Assembly: GCA_051362555.1 (NCBI GenBank)
Contig: CM120649.1
Location: forward strand, 7,254,001-7,318,000
Source: Lingula anatina
Lineage: Eukaryota; Animalia; Brachiopoda
Direction: 5' to 3'
Length of the DNA stretch: 64,000 nt
Part shown: in pieces, positions 1-10,943 of the stretch
Layout: the number at the start of each line of letters is the position of its first letter
Position numbering within the stretch: the first letter of the stretch is position 1
The notes under the pieces: model-generated
What the model was told of the DNA's origin: nothing
The model's input: the letters and a program-made list of their open reading frames with translations, nothing else
Database searches by the model: none
Program-made: the position numbers and the translations under genes

Positions 1-566
1 TATTGAACCTTACTCCCACCAGTATAGCTACAACGGCTACTACTGCTCCTGCTGTTACTGGAGGGCTGTGGAAGACCCTCCATTTATTATGGTCTACACA
101 TAATACCACTATTGAGAACTAAATACAATTTACATAAAACAATTAAAATTCCGGTATACGTATAATAATGCCATCAGAAGTAAATGCAGTTCTGTCTTCA
201 ACATATAAATATTAATGATAATTTCAGAGCCAGACGTCTGGAGTAGTAAATGGACATACAGCATGCCAGAGCTGTAAAGGCTTATTCTTATAACATTGAG
301 TTATGATACGGCTCCCTCCGTTAAAAAGTTTCGTGCCCCGAAACTATTTTAAACAGTATAAATAGTGTTAATAAAACTTGAGCTGTAGCATTACTTTAAA
401 CTTAATATAAACATGACTTAATAAAAATATCTGTATATGAACAAAAAAATCTAATTATGTCTCTGACCCATTACCATTCAAGTATACCATTATCCTGATA
501 CAAACCAACATCAAATTACAAGAAAGAAAATACATATATATGTGTGTGCGTGTATGTTTTACCTGC

Positions 567-762
567 AAATTCTAACTACTAAACGTTATATGATTACAAT
601 ATGATCAATTCCTACATATTCTCTAAGTATATTAAGTGAATTCTTATATTGTATTACCCTATAATAATAATACAATTTCTAACTACTTAACATCATATGA
701 TTACAATACAATAAATTCCTACATATTCCATAAGTAAATAGTATTACCCTATAATAATAATA
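567..762. repeat. Two-copy degenerate tandem repeat, about 90-105 bp unit
   Basis: TTCTAACTACT...ATATGATTACAATA...AATTCCTACATATTC...GTATTACCCTATAATAATAATA occurs twice in succession. Confidence 0.8.
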
Positions 763-852
763 AAGAAAATTCTGGAACAGAGACAGTCACCAGGAGACAT
801 CAGCATGGCTGGTGGGACATATCAATCACTGATTGACCTCTACTACTGAAGG

Positions 853-2136
853 TTACACATTGGGCACGATACAAGTTTGTTGTATGGGTATGTAATATGT
901 CCTCTTGTGGTGTAATGCCACAAGATGAACATCGAACGGATTTTTTGTCATTGTTTTTAACGCGAAATATTTTAGGAGACCAACCCTGACTTCAGTTGGT
1001 AGCCGATATTCAAATTTTGAGACGGAATTTTCCAATGCAATGTTTCCCCAAGCTATCTTTACCTTTGGCAAAGTAGCTAACTGAATGTGGTCAATGATGT
1101 TGGATGGTTGACCCGATGCCTTTATATCATGGGGACAGGTGTGTAGGGCCAAAATGGGAATGGTTACACACTGTCTCCCAGTTGTTATTTCCAACGAGAC
1201 CACATTCTCCCCCTGCCTTGAGCAGATATAAATTAGCACAAAAAGGGAAACCGATACTATGATCGCAATGATCGCTGAAGCAGTGGGGATATATTCCACA
1301 CTGATAAGGTCATTAATGGAGAAGGGTAAAGACGTTGTGGGGGGTGTAGTGGGATACTTGAAAATGAAGCTAGGTGCAGCATTAGCCTTGTGAAATGAGA
1401 AAATTGCTGCTGACATTATTTTTAATCTGTACCCTAAATATGCTGAAGTTAGTAAAGAAGTTAAGGTAACTCCTACCGCTGTGTAAGTGAGAATTTGATC
1501 AAGGTTCATAGATTGGGCAGGAAATGGTAATTCTCCAGTGAATAGTGGTTCGTTCCTTTGGGCCTCTTTAGTAAGTTTATGGCACTTAGCTTGTAATAGT
1601 TGCAGTTCTGTTTTGGAGGTCGCAGATAAGTCTATAACATCAGCCAAATTTTCACACTCTTGGAATGGTAAATCGGTCCAGATATTGATTTTTGAAAAAC
1701 TATTTTCTTCTGTCACAGGTAACTTACTTGTGTCTACGGTTTCTTCAGATAAAGGAACAGCCCTTCTCATTTCTCTCTCTTCCAGCCATTTTTGTTTTCT
1801 CTGTTTATCTCTCCTTATTCTAGATGGTGTCTTTTTCTTCTCTACTTTCATTGCTGAGAGGGTGTTGACCTCACTGCTCATCATTTTCGGTGTCCTTGGG
1901 TCTGTTTTCCACTTCAGGGTAATGGATAGTTCTTCACCCACCTTACTCATACTGTACATTGATGGTACTTGGTCGACTTCCAGTAGAATATTAAAAATAT
2001 CTGCAGGTAAGATATTTTGTCTCCCAAGTCTTTCCATCTTTGTTCTGTGAGGTACTGGGGAAGTTGAAATGCCCACAGGTTCTCCAACAGTTATCACGGT
2101 GGGTTTGGGGATCAGATCCACCGTGACATGGTCCAA
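853..2136 (-). CDS. 427-aa intronless ORF, probably retroelement-derived; C-terminal half env-like (two hydrophobic segments)
   Basis: Long open frame. Basic motif KKKTPSRIRRDKQR in the N-half. TM-like segments TYTAVGVTLTSLLTSAYLGY and SAIIAIIVSVSLFVLIYIC are followed by SLEITTGRQCVTIPI...CP...KIAWG...LP...PFDVHLV, which I recall as resembling env-like ORF tails of marine invertebrate Gypsy elements (unverified). No pol or LTR seen. Confidence 0.45.
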   Translation of the reverse strand: MDHVTVDLIPKPTVITVGEPVGISTSPVPHRTKMERLGRQNILPADIFNILLEVDQVPSMYSMSKVGEELSITLKWKTDPRTPKMMSSEVNTLSAMKVEKKKTPSRIRRDKQRKQKWLEEREMRRAVPLSEETVDTSKLPVTEENSFSKINIWTDLPFQECENLADVIDLSATSKTELQLLQAKCHKLTKEAQRNEPLFTGELPFPAQSMNLDQILTYTAVGVTLTSLLTSAYLGYRLKIMSAAIFSFHKANAAPSFIFKYPTTPPTTSLPFSINDLISVEYIPTASAIIAIIVSVSLFVLIYICSRQGENVVSLEITTGRQCVTIPILALHTCPHDIKASGQPSNIIDHIQLATLPKVKIAWGNIALENSVSKFEYRLPTEVRVGLLKYFALKTMTKNPFDVHLVALHHKRTYYIPIQQTCIVPNV

Positions 2137-2799
2137 GAATAAATAAGCAAGACTTAGAATTTATTTCCACAAAGTCCGGTTTATTCCTGGTTGAGAGCTG
2201 GGACCTCCAGTCAGCTTGTTCAGTTGTCTGGTGTGGCCACGTCCAGTCTTTCTCTCTCAGAGAATACATACAAATTATATAGCCTATTTGAACAAAGAAC
2301 AATTAACAATGAACTAAATTACAGGTAGGAGGATGACTTATGATTAAATTATAATTAAAGAGCATGGTCGGAGACGTCTGGCTATACTAACAGAGAGACC
2401 ACTGTCTGACCATCTCCTTTGAAGTTAAATGATACATCTGACCCATTAATTTTATAATAATACATGTACAGTTGTGATACTTCTTTTAATAAATAAGCCA
2501 ACACAGAAAGTGAACTAGAGACTTTCTACAGCTCAAACCACCTCTGAATCTTTATTCCATACAGTTGGATTTTTTTAAACAATGTTTATTCAAAGGAAAT
2601 GGAGGCAAAGCGCTAAAAGCATAAGATGCTCTCCATGTAGAACAAAATTAAAAAAGTAATTAAATAAAAATACTGTTGGATGAGGTGATTCAGAGAGGTA
2701 GATTGTAATTAATGAAAACTTAACTTTGTATTTTAATTTTGTCAGGGTGAATATAGGTGGTGTATTCATTAAAGTATGCAAGCACTTTCTTACATATTT

Positions 2800-3200
2800 T
2801 TAATGCTTAGAGCATCTTTAGTTATAAAAAAATGCTACGACAACATCATGCTGTCACGATCATTTAATTCATATTTTGGTTTAAGATACCAGATTATTTT
2901 GTTTATTATTGATGTAAGCAAGTCAACATGGTTTGAACTGCACATATATATTTATTCATTTGGTACAATATTAATAATGACAATATACTTACACAGAGAA
3001 AGAATATGTAAAGTACATATAGTATTTGCACTACGGCACAGAGACAATTGGTTTAACTTTAGTAGTAAATATTTTGCCAGATGAACAAATGTAGTGATAT
3101 TATTAATTTTTTTTAATTTGTTGGGTAGATTCTTATAATGTTGAGGATTATTTTCAAGCATTTCTGTATATCATCACATTCAATGCATTGTAAGGATAAA
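2800..3200 (+). mobile_element. Highly degenerate LINE ORF2 3' fragment
   Basis: Residual SQHGL and LHRERICKV peptides resemble the S-H-L-IE-GR...R-ERIC Cys-rich tail of LINE ORF2; many frameshifts. Confidence 0.3.
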
Positions 3201-3684
3201 GAACCTACAAGTCCAGTAAGAATGGCAAACTAATTCTCCATACTGTGTGTACATTTTTGTCTGTTTACTTTTTGTAAGTCTGTTTAAATTTCATCAAATG
3301 AATAAATTTTAGAAACATATTTGCTGTACAGAATTATTTCTCTTGTTTTTTGTTATATCTATTGTCCACTATGTATGTATGTATTACTCTGTCTACTTTT
3401 CCTTTTTTGATTGATTGTTGCGTGTAATAATCCGAGGTACATGCTCTCAAATCTGATTTACCGCTGCATAGTATTCAAGAAACTAGAGTCCAAAAATAAC
3501 CATCAATTGTTAAATATATAATATCCATATTTGAAAATGCTCCAAATATTTCATTCTACAAAGCAAAAGTAGTTATTTTCCCCAGTGCACATGATAAAGA
3601 TGGTAAACCTTTTCACAGTATCTTGCGTTGGTGCTTCCTTATGAAATGTTTAGGAAGACCAGAAGTGCTGTAGAACAAAATTAT

Positions 3685-4523
3685 TAGGATTCCCCATAGG
3701 GGAATACTATTGTTTTTGGTAGTATTATAGTTTTTATTATTCTTTCCGCGCGTTTTTTTTTTCGCAAAAAATCTGAAATAATTATCGTAGGTAGCCCATG
3801 GCAAGAATATGCCACAGACCCAGTTTCAGTGACCTTGACCTACTTTTCAAGGTCACAGGGTCTTTTAAAGGCAAATTTTATGAAATTTGAAATTGCCATT
3901 AGGCCTAAAGTATAAGCCATATGGCTAAGGGCCTTATGGTCAATGATACTGAGACAAATTCACAGATAATGACCTACTTTTATGCAAGTAGGTCAAGGTC
4001 AAGGTCGCTAATGGCCAAACGGGCTCAAAAAAGGTTTGTTTCCGAGATCTCAAAAACTGGAAGGCCCAGAGCCCTAATCAAAGTGGCAAATGATGCCCTA
4101 TATATTTATCTAAGGTTAGCCGTACTTTGGTACCGACTGCCTAATTACTTTTTTTAATATAGATTTTTAAATATTTATGACATTGCAGAAATCTTGAGTT
4201 TGGCAGTTTCTCCATGAAACACTGGTTTTTGGTCATAGCATGCTATAGTAAACTACCCCAAACATATACCCAAAACCCCCAAATCAAATGTCAAATTTGA
4301 CCTTGACCCTCATTTTCAAGGTCATTTGGCTATTTCATGGAGAAATATTGCAATGGGCTAGAGTAATGTTTTGTTGATCCCCCCCCCCCCAATTCGCACA
4401 TGCTCTTTCAGAATATTGGGTCAAATTTAACCCATGACCTTCACATGACCTTGTAAGAGCATTTCCACACCTATTTTGCAGGGGAATCCTACGCCACTGG
4501 CTTCAGCCAGTTGCAGTCTAGTT
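3685..4523. mobile_element. Non-autonomous Helentron-associated (HINE/DINE-like) element
   Basis: Subterminal inverted repeat TAGGATTCCCC (3685) / GGGGAATCCTA (4481), short hairpin at the left end, CTAGTT right end, repeated TGACCTTGACC/AAGGTCA motifs inside. Confidence 0.65.
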
Positions 4524-4775
4524 ATTATTATTTTTTTAATTTTTCAATCAAAGTAAAATACATACAAAAATCAGAATACACACCTTAAGCAGGTCAGTGA
4601 AAATACAATACCTATCACCCTTAATATAAGGGCATAAATAACTAAGTAAATAACCACACAAAAGCAATGGACTGATCAGATGACATTAGCACATATGCCA
4701 TAAACTATATCTGTTTGGTTCGCTTAGTGGATGTTTTACATTTGTTCGCAATATAAAAAAACGTCCCTAAATGAT

Positions 4776-4778
<3 letters not shown>

Positions 4779-4834
<56 letters not shown>
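4779..4834. repeat. (TA)n microsatellite
   Basis: Direct reading. Confidence 0.95.
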
Positions 4835-4838
<4 letters not shown>

Positions 4839-5756
4839 CAAGACTCTTGTATTCAATTAGCAGAACTAATATTTTTTAACAATTATTGAGATTTGGTCAT
4901 TAATTGCAGGACAGCCATCGAAGATAACATGGAATTCAAAACTGTGCTGTGTCTATGCTAACTTTCTAATGTGTAATATTTATTTGAAAGATCATATTTT
5001 TTTTCCATTTTCATTCATAATGTCTGTCTGCATTGGTTATCATTGGAACTCTATGAAAATTCAAGTCAAAGGAAACGGTTGAGAAAAAGAAAAAGAAAAA
5101 CGCAAAATATAGAAATGGACTAGTAGGGTAGCAGTTATATATTAATTTATAAGAGCATTTTGGGGGTACGCTTGCATTTGTTTTGTATCAACAGCGAAAA
5201 TTTCAAGCCAAAATTCAGATGCTATGACATTTTTTGTAAAAGCATCAAAATGCTTCATAGAAATGCATTCTAAATGATCCAAAAATAATGTATCTGAAAA
5301 ATTGATAATTATCTGGTGAGCCATCACTCTAGTAACTGGATAAGGATGGTCAACCCTCATTTGAGAAGGGGAGAAGGGACATTTTCATTATCATAGTCCA
5401 CGTTTTCTTTTTTTAGTGATTCTAGGAAGATTCCTGATTCATCAAATGGTATTTTATAGTCAAAAACGAATAAAATTAGTCTAAACGTTTTGGCAACCAT
5501 GAATATATTGATTTGTTAAACATTTAAATGGCATACATGGATTTTTACTTAAAAAGAGATCAGAACTGATAGAAAATGTCAACGTCCACTAAATAAATAC
5601 CCAAATATTTGATAATTATTTCAAACAGCAAATTTGCCTCACCACAACCTGCTTAATCAAGGCGAGAAAGTATAATTCACATGAAGAGTAAATGTTACGA
5701 CATCCCTAACTGTGATCGATCTTTCAAGCTACACCCAACTATTGACACGGTGTAGA

Positions 5757-7859
5757 TTATGTGCGTTTGAGCGATTTTGTAGGTTTTTGATATACAGGAA
5801 GAAAAATTCGTCCGTTTTCGTGCACTACCCCTTTTTCCGTACACCTTAAAAACAAGGGTTGGAATGACAGTTCTTGATCTAAAGTCACAAATAATCTTTG
5901 CAGGGTCATAACCATTTCTTTGTGTTGTGAAATTTCTGTGACAGTTTGCGAAAATAGCGCAATGAGAAAATTCAATAAGATTATGCTCACTGTGAATACG
6001 TATGCCATATGTAAGAAGGACACAACATGTGTATTCTGATGAGATGAGAAAAATTTGGTGACGTCAACCATATTAAGCATCATTCTTCCCAGTGTTTGTG
6101 ACGTCACTGAAACGTCTCGGAAGTCGCCAGCACACATTGTTATAAAGTACGTGTAAAATATGATAACAAAAACTAATGAGGTCATCAACCACAGTCCCAT
6201 AAAACTGTACATATCCTTAAACAAATGACGAATTATCATCACATAATGCCCGATCCTAGAATTAGTTTGAATGATGTATAGAAAATTCATAATGTTACAA
6301 CAGCAGCCCATCGTCAAGAAAATAAACGCCATGTTAGACATGTCCTCACTATTAGGCCAACTTGCCAACGTGAACCCAACGAAAAATGTGACACATTGTA
6401 GGAACCCACATATCTTGTACATATTTAATGAAACAACTGTATCTACATTCATAATAAGATGCCACATTAGTTGCCAATGCACATCGGGACGCAAACGTAT
6501 CTTCCAAATTGCAAAAGCAAAATGAAAGAGATTAGCCAAGAAAATGATGAAACAAAAACACAAGACAATAAACTGACAAAACGAACCTATATGCCAGAAA
6601 GCAAATAACGCTTTGTCCTCTTTTAAAGTTTCTGCGCATGTGACGTTCATCAATACTGCAGAACTAGTCATGATGGTTTTTGTATGACTCAGACCCCCAA
6701 ATAACGTATCATTTATTTTGTCTCCTAGAAGAGGTGTTTTTGACAGGTTCAAATCCATTTGCTCGAAGCTGGTGGTTCCACTTCCGTTGCTGGGCAAACC
6801 TGTCTGAAATACAGTCTTCAGTCTTAGTGTCAAAACGGACACAAAAAACATCACAGCATATACAAAACGGCTCCAAGCCGTACAGGCAGTGAAAGTTCTC
6901 CGCGCCGCCACTTTTTGCTTGATCCATTGCTGCATCACGGGTAGGTTCAAGAAGTGTTTCAGATCTGGCGTTTCTAAGTGAGCCCTATCAAGGTTGGTTA
7001 AGGCATGCAAAGGCGAAACAAAGCACCTAGTGGCCTTTCCTGTACCGAAACTATAGTCTGTGATATCGTATAAATACCATTGTTCGCAACCGCGTCCGAC
7101 GTGATCTAACTTGTACACTCCCTGTGTGTTAAGAATGACTTCAGCCATGTGAAAGGACGGCAGAAAAGCAGCAAGCTCCAGCGGTAAAAGCTTCACATCG
7201 ATTTCGCTTCTGAGCAACCGCTGCATAGTTTCACGAGAAGATCGGCGGTCGATATGGTCGTATATTTCTCCATATACTTGTTTGTGGTCTGGCCACAGAT
7301 GGCATCCCCAGATAAGAGAATGGATTACGTTTGCTTCTTGGTCGTCTGTATCTGCAATGCTGGCGCCGAGCTCGAGTAACATTTTAAATGAAACCGTTGC
7401 ACCGAAAAAGGCACAGAGCAACAGCGGCTTGGTGAAACGCGGGCATTTGAGAAATGCTTTCATTGACGGCCCAGGTGGAAGGGAGCGCAATTTCAAGGGA
7501 GTGAAACTGAACGGTTTGGTTATAAGAACACGTCTTTGGACGGAGTTTGCGCATTCTAAAATCGCATACAAGCGATGGGAATCACAACCGACTAAAGCGT
7601 CGTACCAAACGGCAAATATTTCTTGCTGTACGTCAAGCACGTCCACATTTTCCCAGTCAGCGATGCTGCCCATCTCCACCTCTGACCAACCCTCCTTAAA
7701 ACCGTCTCTAAAATCGGGCTCTGTTTCACTATCTACTGTGTCCCCTAGAACAATGACCTCTTGGTTCTTTTGAGCTCTCAAAGCCGTCCCAGTTTCATCT
7801 CTTTTATTGCTGCCCATGGCGTTGACTGATTTGCTGCTCACTTGATTAAAGAGTGCCAT
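5757..7859 (-). CDS. TRPV-like ankyrin-repeat cation channel, 700 aa, single coding exon
   Basis: Ankyrin-like segments (PLLLCAFFG...LLELGASIADTD...NVIHSL; LLPLELAAF), LYDIT pre-S1 linker, about six hydrophobic TM segments, S4-S5 IGHYVMIIRHLFKDM, and S6 LLNFLIALFSQTV followed by a TRP-box-like helix. Confidence 0.85.
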   Translation of the reverse strand: MALFNQVSSKSVNAMGSNKRDETGTALRAQKNQEVIVLGDTVDSETEPDFRDGFKEGWSEVEMGSIADWENVDVLDVQQEIFAVWYDALVGCDSHRLYAILECANSVQRRVLITKPFSFTPLKLRSLPPGPSMKAFLKCPRFTKPLLLCAFFGATVSFKMLLELGASIADTDDQEANVIHSLIWGCHLWPDHKQVYGEIYDHIDRRSSRETMQRLLRSEIDVKLLPLELAAFLPSFHMAEVILNTQGVYKLDHVGRGCEQWYLYDITDYSFGTGKATRCFVSPLHALTNLDRAHLETPDLKHFLNLPVMQQWIKQKVAARRTFTACTAWSRFVYAVMFFVSVLTLRLKTVFQTGLPSNGSGTTSFEQMDLNLSKTPLLGDKINDTLFGGLSHTKTIMTSSAVLMNVTCAETLKEDKALFAFWHIGSFCQFIVLCFCFIIFLANLFHFAFAIWKIRLRPDVHWQLMWHLIMNVDTVVSLNMYKICGFLQCVTFFVGFTLASWPNSEDMSNMAFIFLTMGCCCNIMNFLYIIQTNSRIGHYVMIIRHLFKDMYSFMGLWLMTSLVFVIIFYTYFITMCAGDFRDVSVTSQTLGRMMLNMVDVTKFFSSHQNTHVVSFLHMAYVFTVSIILLNFLIALFSQTVTEISQHKEMVMTLQRLFVTLDQELSFQPLFLRCTEKGVVHENGRIFLPVYQKPTKSLKRT

Positions 7860-8604
7860 GTTGTAATCAATTCAAAGACAGCAAAGCTGTGTACTATGTA
7901 TACTGCATGTATTTTGTAATTCTTGTCCCTGGTGCTTCCACTTTATCGTTGTATGTTCAAGACGGAGTTGATATTAAAGAATCACAATGATGGAATTAAT
8001 GTTCCAGTGCACAAGACAAGCGTACATGGATCTATTCCAACATGTGGTGATTTTATCCGTTTTATATACTGTGATTTAGGAAGCGTGTTCACTTTTTAAC
8101 TGACATGGCTTTATACAAACCAAACATTTCACGAAAATCATTATTTAGTAAGTAATAGTGAGAACTTTGGTTACGCTTTTACCTTTGTAACAAAAACCAA
8201 TGAGACAAATGCAATCCTTGCAACACGCTGACCAAACATTTCCGCAAGCTGATAAAGCCATTTAAGGTTAAGCTAATGGCAATGAAGCTGAAACTGGTAT
8301 TTACTTTGCACTCGAGAAAACGCCAATATCGTTGAAAAGTCTCAACGTTTGTATTTCTGTGCGACGTTAAAGGCGCATTTTAATCGGGGTTTTAGCAGAA
8401 TTTATTTACAGGAATACCACTTACACAATCTACATGTTTCACAAATTCAATAATCGTGTTCTATACCAGTTCTATGAAAATAGCAAATTCGACCGTAATG
8501 AAATAAGCATTTATTATAATACTTGTATTTATAACCCCTTATTTTATAACCCCTTATTTTAGTCTATTTTAAAGACAAAATGCCCCCGCTTTATGATCCA
8601 GAAT

Positions 8605-8608
<4 letters not shown>

Positions 8609-8642
<34 letters not shown>
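8609..8642. repeat. (AG)n microsatellite
   Basis: Direct reading. Confidence 0.95.
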
Positions 8643-8646
<4 letters not shown>

Positions 8647-9036
8647 GGAGCATAGTTATATCTTTTTCATCTGTTTATTTATAAGTATAATATGTTAAAC
8701 GAGTGCCATGGAAAGAAAACATAATTCCTAAATTTATGAATTGTGAGAGATGAATTGGGAGTTATGTTTAATATTGTCACTTAAACTAAGCCTGTCTTCA
8801 TCGCAGAGGATCATTAAGTGTATACTACGTTCACCATATCACTAATATGACGTAAAACTGGCTTTAACTGGCACTAAGGTTGCCAAAAACATATCCAAAT
8901 CTAACTTCATATTGAAATATAACAAGATGAAAAATTTAACTAAAGATACAAGTAAGGTCATTGTTCTATATAATATAAAAATAATCATCCAGCTAAGCTC
9001 AGCGCCGTCCTATAACTTTTTGTCAGACTACTACGA

Positions 9037-10325
9037 TTACAAGGTAACAGGCCGCACCTGGATTGATTTCTTCTTCAAAAAACACACAGAAGTTATAATG
9101 ACAGCAACACAAGCTACAGCTATCACGGAGACAACCACACCTATTACGACGCCAATATTTTGACTTGGCACATTGGTATTAATATCATCAGACTCCGCTA
9201 AAAACCCCTCCTTGGCATTTGCAGTGCCATTGGAAGTGAAGTGAGGAAGTAATGCGGTAGTTGAGACATTGTCGTACTCAACAGTCACCAGCGATTGCGG
9301 CGGCTGTGGTAGGATCCGGACATGCTGTCTTGTAACACCTGTACCAATCTCTGCCTTCTGGTGACGTCATGACACTGTGGTTCGTAACTGAAAAAAGGGA
9401 ACGCAGCATCTTAAATAACATGCGTTTATAAAATACGCTGGCAAATTTACAAATAGATAAAAAAATCAATAAATTAATTAGGCAGCGGGCAATATGTGCT
9501 GATTTCTCTAGGTACATGTAACATTGCATAATTCCCGAATCATTGCCACCAGTTTATTGCGTTATGTCTTCCAAGGGAACATGGGTCTACAATTTTTATG
9601 ATACTGTATGATTCATCTGTAATCTACTTGTGAATCAAATCTTTATACTATAGATATAACCTAAGAATCTGTCTATATTTGTCCATATTGATTGTTTATC
9701 ATCTGTCGTTTATTAAATAAAACATAATGAGCACAATAAATGGAGTCAACATACAAAGGGCACGAATATATAAACCGAACAGACTATCCTGGCGCTGAGA
9801 TATAATCAATAGTGTGATTTTGTGATAAATAAATGAAAAGAAAAGAACAGAACAGAACAGAACAGAATAGAATAGAATAGAATAGAATAGAATAGAATAG
9901 AATAGAATAGAATAGAACAGAACAGAATAGAATAGAATAAGCCTATACATTGATTACATAAGTATATTACATATTAGAAAAAAGTACTGTGTAAAACACT
10001 GTAAAATAAAGATTACCTGAACAAAGTGCTTTCGTGAATTTCTCTGCCAATTCATTAAGTCCATCAAACGATTCCACATGGAAAGCATGGGTATCTACCG
10101 GTGGACTTGTAACTCTGGGAGTGGGCTTGTATTGTTTCCGACACCTATCGCAAAAACTTCAATGCCCTGCTGTTTTGTAGCAAGTGATCTCTCTACTGTT
10201 AAACAGAACTTGTCGCTGAAACCTGTTGTCATAATGATGGCGATTTAACTTGTATTCGCTCTTCCTCCTTTGGGATGCATAGGGTTCAAAAGCGTCTTCC
10301 GAGCAAGGCTCAGGGCTTTGTATGT
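9037..10325 (-). pseudogene. Pseudogene of a VWA-domain single-pass membrane protein (exons about 10325-10017 and 9387-9037)
   Basis: Exon translates TYKALSLARKTLL...GGRANTS*IAIIMTTGFS...GIEVFAIGVG...(frameshift)SPPVDTHAFHVESFDGLNELAEKFTKALC, the second half of a VWA domain, with an in-frame TAA at 10245-10247. A GT donor and CAG acceptor join it in phase to an exon with a frameshifted stalk, TM IGVVIGVVVSVIAVACVAVIITSVCFL and a KKK tail. Confidence 0.8.
9844..9938. repeat. (AGAAC/AGAAT)n pentanucleotide microsatellite
   Basis: Direct reading; explains the spurious YSILF-repeat ORF. Confidence 0.95.
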
Positions 10326-10337
10326 CTGAATTCCGAA

Positions 10338-10727
10338 AAGGGATTGATCATGCACGCTTTAAGTACTTATACTGGTTAATAAATGGGAATATGAAGCCAA
10401 CGCCTACAAGAAGAAATGAAATGCGTCATTTCCTCATTCTTGTCAAATGGTATATAAACTTAATGGTACATAAACTAAATTAAGCATAAATTCATCGTTA
10501 TTCAAAATGGGCCTTAAATGACAATCAGCCTGAAGGGATTGATCATGCACGCTTTAAGTACTTATACTGGTTAATAAATGGGAATATGAAGCCAACGCCT
10601 ACAAGAAGAAATGAAATGCGTCATTTCCTCATTCTTGTCAAATGGTATATAAACTTAATGGTACATAAACTAAATTAAGCATAAATTCATCGTTATTCAA
10701 AATGGGCCTTAAATGACAATCAGCCTG
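10338..10727. repeat. Apparently perfect 195-bp tandem duplication
   Basis: AAGGGATTGATCATGCACGC...GACAATCAGCCTG starts at 10338 and again at 10533. Confidence 0.95.
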
Positions 10728-10943
10728 AAATCTAAAAGAAAACTAAATAACCCACCCCATCCGGATATTGACCCTAATATTAAAACATTTTTTAAGATAT
10801 CAGCGATGGAATAAACTGAAACACCAAAAAAAAAAAAAAAAAAAAAAAATCTATCTATCTTTCTATATAACAAAAGTCTCTGTAAGTCTCTGTTCTCGTG
10901 GTTGCAGTATAAATTGCCCTAATTAACCAGGCCATGCCTTGGG

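Noticed and set aside
1538-2050. 170-aa plus-strand ORF
   Set aside because: Antisense shadow of the 427-aa ORF; no motifs.
7282-7773. 163-aa plus-strand ORF and other short ORFs inside the TRPV gene
   Set aside because: Antisense or alternate-frame shadows of a real CDS.
9699-9950. YSILF-repeat ORF
   Set aside because: Translation of a pentanucleotide microsatellite.
10338-10727. Repeats considered as a CRISPR-like array (also 40014-40131 and 60.0-61.1 kb)
   Set aside because: Simple tandem duplications without regular unique spacers; eukaryotic context and no cas genes.
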